Shown one piece after another: positions 49,891-56,558 of a stretch of 60,535 bases of DNA (its first letter is position 1; every line of letters begins with the position of its first letter). The notes below the pieces were generated by a model. The model did not search any database, was not told the DNA's origin, and worked only from the letters and a program-made list of their open reading frames with translations. The DNA lies in the NCBI GenBank assembly GCA_043742955.1, contig JAYTXL010000446.1, positions 1-60,535 on the forward strand, read 5' to 3'. The position numbers and the translations under genes are program-made. Source of the DNA: Verrucomicrobiota bacterium (GTDB lineage: Bacteria > Verrucomicrobiota > Verrucomicrobiia > Limisphaerales > JAYTXL01).

Positions 49891-51492
49891 ATGACGAAGA
49901 AACAAAAACTGGAATTGACGTGGATTGGGAAGGAGAACCGGCCCAAGCTGGAGCCGCGCATTTTGCTGGAAGACCCGGCGAAGTCGTATCACGCGCAGCA
50001 TCGCGTGACGGGGCAGGACATTTTCGACAACAAACTCATCTTTGGCGACAATTTGCTCGCGCTCAAGGCCCTCGAACAGGACTTCTTCGGCAAGATCAAG
50101 TGCATCTTCATTGACCCGCCGTACAACACCGGCAGCGCGTTCGAGCATTACGACGATGGAGTGGAACATTCATTGTGGCTTTCTTTGATGCGCGAGCGTT
50201 TGGAAATCCTCAACCGGCTGCTCTCTGCGGATGGTTCGCTCTGGATCACTATCGACGACAATGAGGCCCACTATCTGAAAGTCCTTTGTGACGAGGTAGT
50301 GGGTCGACCACAGTTCGTCGCCAATATCGTCTGGCAAAAACGCACCTCACGGGAGAATCGGGCGGCTATAGGATCTGCGCACGACCATGTCCTTCTCTAC
50401 GCAAAGCGCGGGGCAATTGGGTGGAAAGACTCTCGAAACCCACTTCCACCAAATGACAGTGGATACTCAAATCCTGATAAGGATACGCGCGGGCTTTGGC
50501 GGTCAATCCCTTTCAGCGCGCAAGGCTTTAGGAAGAATCAGATGTATAAAATCCAAACTCCGTCTGGCGGTGAAGTCGAGCCGCCCAAGGGCCGTTGTTG
50601 GGCGGCGACCGAGCCGGAGTATTTGAAGCTCCTCGCCGAAAAGCGGGTTTACTTTCCAAATGACGGCACGGGAAAGCCACGCATCAAACAGTTCAAAGGT
50701 GAAGAGAAGGGATTAGTGCCAATGACGTGGTGGGATGCTGCACTTGCGGGGGACAACGAAGAGGCCAAGAAAGAAATTCTGAACTTGTTTCCAAACGACG
50801 AAGCGTTTGGGACACCAAAACCAGAGCGACTTCTTAATCACATTATTCAGATTGCAACAAATCCTGGTGATTGGGTTCTCGATTCATTCGCCGGTTCTGG
50901 CACGACTGGCGCGGTGGCTCACAAGATGGGACGGCGCTGGATCATGGTGGAGTTGGGTGAGCACTGCCACACGCACATCATTCCACGCCTCAAGAAGGTG
51001 GTTGATGGTGCAGACCCCGGTGGCATCACAGGAGCAGTTGGCTGGAAAGGCGGCGGTGGTTTCCGCTACTACCGACTCGCGCCCTCGCTGCTGAAAACGG
51101 ACAAGTGGGGCAATCTCATTATCAACAAAGACTTCAATCCCGACATGCTGGCCGAGGCCGTCTGCAAGCTGGAAGGCTACACCTATGCGCCGAGCGACAC
51201 GCTCTACTGGCAGCACGGCCATTCGTCGGAAAAGAGCTTCATCTACGTCACCACGCAACATTTGACCCGTGAGCAGTTGACGCAGTTGAACGATGAAGTC
51301 GGGGCGGGGCGCTCTCTCCTGATTTGCTGCTCCGCCTTCCGGGGCAAGCCGGAGAACAACCCGCATCTTGAATTGAAAAAGATTCCCAAGGCCGTCCTCT
51401 CTAAATGCGAGTGGAGCCACGACGATTACAGCCTGAAAATTGAGAACCTGCCCAAAGCTCCGCCGCCAAAGGGTCAACAGCAACTTTTGTAA
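49891..51492 (+). CDS. mod: Type III restriction-modification methyltransferase (Mod, beta-class DPPY)
   Basis: Motif IV IFIDPPYNTG precedes motif I VLDSFAGSGTTGAVA. Size and domain order are typical of type III Mod. Confidence 0.9.
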   Translation: MTKKQKLELTWIGKENRPKLEPRILLEDPAKSYHAQHRVTGQDIFDNKLIFGDNLLALKALEQDFFGKIKCIFIDPPYNTGSAFEHYDDGVEHSLWLSLMRERLEILNRLLSADGSLWITIDDNEAHYLKVLCDEVVGRPQFVANIVWQKRTSRENRAAIGSAHDHVLLYAKRGAIGWKDSRNPLPPNDSGYSNPDKDTRGLWRSIPFSAQGFRKNQMYKIQTPSGGEVEPPKGRCWAATEPEYLKLLAEKRVYFPNDGTGKPRIKQFKGEEKGLVPMTWWDAALAGDNEEAKKEILNLFPNDEAFGTPKPERLLNHIIQIATNPGDWVLDSFAGSGTTGAVAHKMGRRWIMVELGEHCHTHIIPRLKKVVDGADPGGITGAVGWKGGGGFRYYRLAPSLLKTDKWGNLIINKDFNPDMLAEAVCKLEGYTYAPSDTLYWQHGHSSEKSFIYVTTQHLTREQLTQLNDEVGAGRSLLICCSAFRGKPENNPHLELKKIPKAVLSKCEWSHDDYSLKIENLPKAPPPKGQQQLL

Positions 51493-51503
51493 CGAGCAAA
51501 ATC

Positions 51504-52559
51504 ATGGAACAGCCGCCACAGCCAGGTTCAGAGATCGTCCTATACCAGACGGACGACGGGCGCACGCGCCTTGTGGTGAAGCTGGAAAACAATACCGTCT
51601 GGCTTTCGCTCAACCAGATCGCCGAGCTTTTCCAGCGGGACAAATCGGTCATTTCCAAGCACATCAAAAACGTCTTTGACGAACAGGAATTGAACGCGGA
51701 GGCAACTGTTGCAAAATTTGCAACAGTTCAAAAGGAAGGCCAGCGCGAGGTTTCCCGCGAAATTGAGTTTTACAACCTTGAGGTCATCATCGCCGTTGGC
51801 TACCGGGTAAAATCGCAGCGCGGCACGCAGTTCCGCCAGTGGGCGACGGCGCGGTTGAAGGAATATCTAGTCAAGGGCTTCGCGATGGATGACGAGCGCT
51901 TGAAAAATCCTCCGGGCAAAGGGCAGCAGGATTATTTTGATGAACTGCTGGAACGCATCCGGGACATCCGCTCTTCCGAACGGCGCTTTTACCAGAAGGT
52001 GCTGGATATTTACGCGACCAGCGTGGACTACGACCCGGGCGCAGAGGCGACGCAAAAATTCTTCGCCACGGTGCAGAACAAGATTCATTGGGCGACGCAC
52101 GGTCACACGGCGGCGGAGGTGATTCACCAGCGCGCCGATGCGACCAAGCCGTTCATGGGCCTGCAAACCACGCGTCCGGGCGGGATCGTGCGGCGGGACG
52201 ATGTGGCGGTCGCCAAGAACTACCTGACCGAGGACGAACTGCAGGTGCTCAACCGCATCGTCAACCTCTACATCGAGTATGCGGAATTGCAGGCGCTGGA
52301 GCGGCGGCCCATGACCATGTGGGACTGGATTGCGAAATTGGACGAGTTTCTAAAAATCTCCGGTCGCAGGTTGATGGATCACGCGGGCGAGGTTTCCGCT
52401 GAACTGGCCCGGGAGAAGGCGGGGCGGGAATACGAACGCTACCGCGCTTTTCTCGATACGCAGCCGCGGCTGGTGGATGAAGACTTCGAGAACGCGGCGA
52501 AGAAGTTGAAGAAACTGTCCGCACCCCGGTCGCCCAAACCGAGGAGACGTGATCCATGA
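51504..52559 (+). CDS. rhuM: RhuM-family protein
   Basis: IVLYQTDDGRTRLVVKLENNTVWLSLNQIAELFQRDKSVISKHIKNVF, AVGYRVKSQRGTQFRQWAT and YFDELLERIRDIRSSERRFYQKV are hallmark RhuM blocks. Confidence 0.85.
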   Translation: MEQPPQPGSEIVLYQTDDGRTRLVVKLENNTVWLSLNQIAELFQRDKSVISKHIKNVFDEQELNAEATVAKFATVQKEGQREVSREIEFYNLEVIIAVGYRVKSQRGTQFRQWATARLKEYLVKGFAMDDERLKNPPGKGQQDYFDELLERIRDIRSSERRFYQKVLDIYATSVDYDPGAEATQKFFATVQNKIHWATHGHTAAEVIHQRADATKPFMGLQTTRPGGIVRRDDVAVAKNYLTEDELQVLNRIVNLYIEYAELQALERRPMTMWDWIAKLDEFLKISGRRLMDHAGEVSAELAREKAGREYERYRAFLDTQPRLVDEDFENAAKKLKKLSAPRSPKPRRRDP

Positions 52560-55228
52560 ACCCGCACGTCAACGCCATTGCCGGACGCCTGAGCCTGCGG
52601 CAGCCGCAACGAGACTCCTTGGCAATCCTCGACCGGATTACGGAGATTGTGCCGCCGAGCAAATCGCCGGACGTAGCCGCTGCGCTCGCCATCATCAAAT
52701 CCGAATTCCCGAAGGTCACGGACTTCGAGCGCGAATTCCCCTCGATTTGCTTTGCGCTCGCCACGGGCGTCGGCAAGACGCGGCTCATGGGCGCGTTCAT
52801 CTCCTACCTGCATCTGGCGAAGGGCATAAACAACTTTTTCGTGCTCGCGCCGAACCTGACGATTTACAACAAGCTGATTGCGGACTTCACGCCGAACACG
52901 CCGAAATACGTCTTCAAGGGCATCGCGGAGTTCGCCACAGACGCACCCGAAATCATCACGGGCGACACCTACGACAAGCGCAGTTTGTTCGGCGACATTT
53001 ACCGCGTCCGCATCAACATTTTCAACATCTCGAAAATCAACTCGGAAGTGCGCGGCGGCAACATGCCACGCATCAAGCGGCTTTCGGAATACATCGGTCA
53101 GAGCTACTTCGATTACCTCGCCGGTTTGCCGGACTTGGTGTTGCTCATGGACGAATCGCACCGTTATCGGGCGTCCGCAGGCATCCGCGCCATCAATGAA
53201 TTGAAGCCCATGATTGGCTTGGAATTGACGGCCACGCCTTTTGTGGAAACCGCCCGAGGCGCAACGCCATTTAACAATGTTGTTTATGATTATCCGCTGG
53301 CTCGGGCAATGGCGGACGGTTTTGTAAAAGAGCCAGCCGTGGTGACGCAGAAGAATTTTGATGCAAGCCAGTTCACGCGGGAACAGTTGGAGCGGATAAA
53401 ATTGGAGGACGGCATCCGAATGCACGAAGCCACCAAAGTCGAATTGGAGACTTACGCCCGGCAGCACGAATGCCGCCAGGTGAAGCCGTTCGTGCTCGTA
53501 ATCGCGCGCGACACGACGCACGCCAAGGATTTGCTGGAATTGATTCAGTCCGAGAAGTTTTTCGCGGGCCGCTACAAAGACCGCGTTATCCAAGTGGATT
53601 CCAGTCAGACCGGCAAAGAGGAAGAATTGATGATTGAGAAGTTGCTCAAGGTGGAAGACCCCGCCGAGCCGACGGAAATCGTCATCCACGTCAACATGCT
53701 CAAGGAAGGCTGGGACGTGAACAATCTCTACACAATTGTTCCGCTCCGCGCGGCCAATGCGCGAATCCTGATTGAGCAATCCATCGGGCGCGGTTTGCGT
53801 CTTCCCTACGGCGTCCGCACCGGCGTTACGGCAGTGGACCGGCTGAACATCGTCGCGCACGACCGGTTTCAGGAAATCGTGGACGAAGCGAACAAGCCAG
53901 ATTCCGCCGTGCGGCTCACCCAGGTCATCCTTGACCCGGCCACCGATTTGCAGCCGACCAAGACCGTCATCGCGCAGCCGACCCTGATGGCGAAGCTGAC
54001 CGCCACAACCGAGACGGCGACTGCCGCCGCCACGCCCGGAAAAGCCGCCGAACCTTTGTTCGCGACGGAGCAGGAACGGCAGATTGCGGCCATCGCGGTC
54101 AAAGTGATTCAGCAGCACGAGACGTTGCCGCAGGTGAATTATTTGCAGAAGGCCGAGGTGCAGGCGGCCATCATCAAGGAAGTGGCGGCGACTTACACCG
54201 CGCCCGCGCAGACGGAACTGACCGGAATCATCGCCAAGCCGGACATTGCGGCGGTTGTCGCCAAGGCGACCAAGCTGGTTATTGACCAGACAATCAACAT
54301 TCCGCGCATTGTCGTTGTGCCCACCGGCGACGTGACGAGCGGGTTTAATGCGTTCACGCTCGATTGTGCGTCTGTTCGTTTGCAGCCTGTGAGCCGTGAA
54401 TTGCTGATTCAGCATTTGCGGACGGCCAAGCAGGAATTCTTGCAGAACGTGAACGAGCAGTCGAAAGAAGCACGACCAGAAGATTACTTGGTGCGGGCGC
54501 TGATTGACTTCGATGACATTTCCTACGACGACCACGCGGATTTGCTCTACGAGTTGTCCGGCCAATTGGTGAAACACCTGCGCAGCTACCTTTCCGAACC
54601 CGACACGGTGAACGTCCTGCAATACCACCAGCAACAACTTGCGGCGCTCATCCACTCGCAGATGCAGTTGCCGGAGCATCGTTGGGAAAAAGCGACCGGC
54701 TACAAGGCAACGGTGAGCAAAGGCTTTTCCGCCCTGAAAGACAACGCCTACACCGCCGCCGCCACGGACGACATCAGGCCGTTCCGCATGACGGTTTCTG
54801 ACCCGACGAACATCAAGCGTTACTTGTTTGGTGGTTTCGCCAAATGCCTTTACGACAAGCAACGCTTCGACGTGGACACGGAGCGGCGCTTCGCCGTGAT
54901 TTTGGAAGACGACGGCGAGGTTTTGAAATGGTTCAAACCGGCGCGCGGACAATTTCAGATTTATTACAACAAGGAGCAGGCTTACGAACCGGACTTTGTG
55001 GCTGAAACCAAGAACCAGCTTTTCCTGTGCGAACCGAAACGCGCCGACCAGATGCAGAATCCCGAAGTCATTGCAAAAAGGGCCGCGGCCTCCGAATGGT
55101 GCAAGCACGCCACCGACCACGCGCAACAGCATGGCGGCAAGAAGTGGAATTACCTGCTCATTCCGCACGACGCCGTCACCGGCAACATGACCCTGGAAGG
55201 GCTGGCTTCGCGTTTTGGGGTGGCGTGA
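52556..55228 (+). CDS. res: Type III restriction endonuclease (Res: DEAH helicase plus C-terminal PD-ExK nuclease)
   Basis: Walker A FALATGVGKTRLM, LLMDESHRY, HVNMLKEGWDVNNL, SIGRGLRL, and C-terminal YEPDFVAETKNQLFLCEPK. The start overlaps the rhuM stop (ATGA). Confidence 0.9.
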   Translation: MNPHVNAIAGRLSLRQPQRDSLAILDRITEIVPPSKSPDVAAALAIIKSEFPKVTDFEREFPSICFALATGVGKTRLMGAFISYLHLAKGINNFFVLAPNLTIYNKLIADFTPNTPKYVFKGIAEFATDAPEIITGDTYDKRSLFGDIYRVRINIFNISKINSEVRGGNMPRIKRLSEYIGQSYFDYLAGLPDLVLLMDESHRYRASAGIRAINELKPMIGLELTATPFVETARGATPFNNVVYDYPLARAMADGFVKEPAVVTQKNFDASQFTREQLERIKLEDGIRMHEATKVELETYARQHECRQVKPFVLVIARDTTHAKDLLELIQSEKFFAGRYKDRVIQVDSSQTGKEEELMIEKLLKVEDPAEPTEIVIHVNMLKEGWDVNNLYTIVPLRAANARILIEQSIGRGLRLPYGVRTGVTAVDRLNIVAHDRFQEIVDEANKPDSAVRLTQVILDPATDLQPTKTVIAQPTLMAKLTATTETATAAATPGKAAEPLFATEQERQIAAIAVKVIQQHETLPQVNYLQKAEVQAAIIKEVAATYTAPAQTELTGIIAKPDIAAVVAKATKLVIDQTINIPRIVVVPTGDVTSGFNAFTLDCASVRLQPVSRELLIQHLRTAKQEFLQNVNEQSKEARPEDYLVRALIDFDDISYDDHADLLYELSGQLVKHLRSYLSEPDTVNVLQYHQQQLAALIHSQMQLPEHRWEKATGYKATVSKGFSALKDNAYTAAATDDIRPFRMTVSDPTNIKRYLFGGFAKCLYDKQRFDVDTERRFAVILEDDGEVLKWFKPARGQFQIYYNKEQAYEPDFVAETKNQLFLCEPKRADQMQNPEVIAKRAAASEWCKHATDHAQQHGGKKWNYLLIPHDAVTGNMTLEGLASRFGVA

Positions 55229-55308
55229 AAAGTGCGAAGACTATCCGCCTGCAATTGTCGATTTGATCCCAGGCAATGAGCTATGCCATATGGCAAAGTC
55301 TCGTTATT

Positions 55309-55764
55309 TCAATCGCAAGGTATTGTGGTTTGGCTCACCTCCCCGCTCAACGTCAGTTCCGCCTGCAGCACCGTGCGCCCGTTCACCGCTGCCGTCGCGC
55401 TGGCTTGGATCAAGTTACCGAGCCGACCGGTCACGCGTGCCTCCAGCCGGATGACTTCGCCGGGTTGCGCAGTTCCGAGAATTTTTGCTCCGCGCAATGC
55501 GGTGAGTTTCAAGCCGGCCAGCGGAGCCAGGCCCGGATCGCTTTGGGCGACGACACCCGCGAGTTGCGCCGCCGCTTCCAGCAAGAGCACACCGGGAAAC
55601 AGGGGCTGGCCAGGAAAGTGGCCGGCCAGAAATATTTCATCCCCACGCACGAGGTACTCCCCCACCCCGGATTTGCCCGGCACCAATTCCACCAGGCGGT
55701 CAACAAACCGAAACTCCGGACCGTGTGGCAGGTGCTGGAGCGCGGACGCGAACGAGTCGCTCAT
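55309..55764 (-). CDS. Hotdog-fold 3-hydroxyacyl-ACP dehydratase (FabZ/FabA-like, ApeI-type)
   Basis: LPHGPEFRFVDR and HFPGQPLFPGVLLLEAAAQ motifs. Confidence 0.75.
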   Translation of the reverse strand: MSDSFASALQHLPHGPEFRFVDRLVELVPGKSGVGEYLVRGDEIFLAGHFPGQPLFPGVLLLEAAAQLAGVVAQSDPGLAPLAGLKLTALRGAKILGTAQPGEVIRLEARVTGRLGNLIQASATAAVNGRTVLQAELTLSGEVSQTTIPCD

Positions 55765-56558
55765 AACCCGCCTTTTTTCAGCGGCTCGACGATTTTGATC
55801 TCCGGACCCAGCTTCGGATTGAACACCTGCTCATCGAGTTTCAAATTGAATTGCGAATTCGTGAAATCATTTCGCATCGACGAGCCGTCGGCAAAGACGA
55901 GTTCCGTCGCGCGCAAGGACGAGTCATTGGCCATGAACGTAATCCTGATTTGTGGCATCAGGCGTCGCGCCGCGGCGGACTTGGGCTGGAGCGCCACTAC
56001 GTACCCTTCGTTTGCCTCATTCACGGAGAGGATTTTGAAGCGCGACTCCAGGTCGGCACGGCTGCGCGGAAATCCGGCTTCGAACAATGCCAGCGTGTCC
56101 TTCCATGGCCCCGCCGCATCGCCCGTGAGCGGATATCGTTCCGCGCGCTTAAGCCGCGGATAGATGACGAGCATTTGTTCGGGCTGCCGCACCGCGATGG
56201 TTTGCACCGGGTTGCCCAACTCCCAACGGAAACGGTTGGGCGCCGTGAACCAGACATGGCCCGGGGCGGTGAGCGGCTGGGCGAGCGCCTTGAGCGTGCG
56301 GGTCTGGGTGAACCCGGCGGACCAGGAATGCAAATTGGTTTGGGCATTCAGCCACGCTGTGAGCACCGCATTGGTATCGCTGGCGAGACCGGTCTCCAGC
56401 GCCCCAAACAACAGTGCGATCGCCGCAAAACTCTTGTAGCCGCAACCTTCAGGTTGCGCCGGGTGGAACCGCGGCTGTGAACGCAACCTGAAGGTTGCGG
56501 CTACGGTTGTGGCTACGGTTGCGGCGACTTCGGCCAGATGGGAACGAAATGATACCAT
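55761..56558 (-). CDS. LolA-like lipoprotein-carrier family protein (start uncertain)
   Basis: GFTQTRTLKALAQPLTAPGHVWFTAPNRFRWEL and the overall length resemble LolA-like proteins of aryl-polyene-type clusters. The signal-peptide-like KSFAAIALLFGALETGLA is preceded only by codons derived from REP DNA. Confidence 0.65.
   Translation of the reverse strand: MVSFRSHLAEVAATVATTVAATFRLRSQPRFHPAQPEGCGYKSFAAIALLFGALETGLASDTNAVLTAWLNAQTNLHSWSAGFTQTRTLKALAQPLTAPGHVWFTAPNRFRWELGNPVQTIAVRQPEQMLVIYPRLKRAERYPLTGDAAGPWKDTLALFEAGFPRSRADLESRFKILSVNEANEGYVVALQPKSAAARRLMPQIRITFMANDSSLRATELVFADGSSMRNDFTNSQFNLKLDEQVFNPKLGPEIKIVEPLKKGGL
56431..56522. repeat. REP cluster: two inverted copies of the CGCAACCTGAAGGTTGCGGCTAC unit (23/23 complementary) plus a 2 x 12-bp tandem GGCTACGGTTGY
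   Basis: Arm 56436-56458 is the exact reverse complement of 56482-56504. The tandem 12-mers are at 56499-56522. Same family as 347-374. Confidence 0.85.

Larger units (their letters stand above)
49547..49894 (+). pseudogene. Chimeric ORF: about 50-codon DUF4276/TOPRIM-like N-terminal stub, decayed duplicate of the mod 5' end, and a repeat hairpin
   Basis: The start overlaps the ATPase stop (ATGA). MKVYPIVEGHGEVEAAPVLLRRLL resembles DUF4276 N-termini, but the expected remaining ~150 aa are absent. From codon 53 the ORF reads MTKKQKLELTWIGKENRP, identical to the Mod N-terminus. It ends in TGA overlapping the mod ATG. Confidence 0.45.

Noticed and set aside
52439-55168. 909-aa ORF on the minus strand, the longest non-annotated ORF in the window
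   Set aside because: It lies entirely antisense to the well-supported Res gene. Its R/G/H/V/L-rich low-complexity composition has no recognisable motif. This is typical shadow ORF behaviour in GC-rich DNA.
44927-55308. Flanking direct repeats (att sites) or an integrase/transposase for the defence island
   Set aside because: Only a 7-mer (TGCAATT) is shared between the two borders, which is compatible with chance. No recombinase-like ORF occurs in any frame. Mobility therefore remains inferred from context only.
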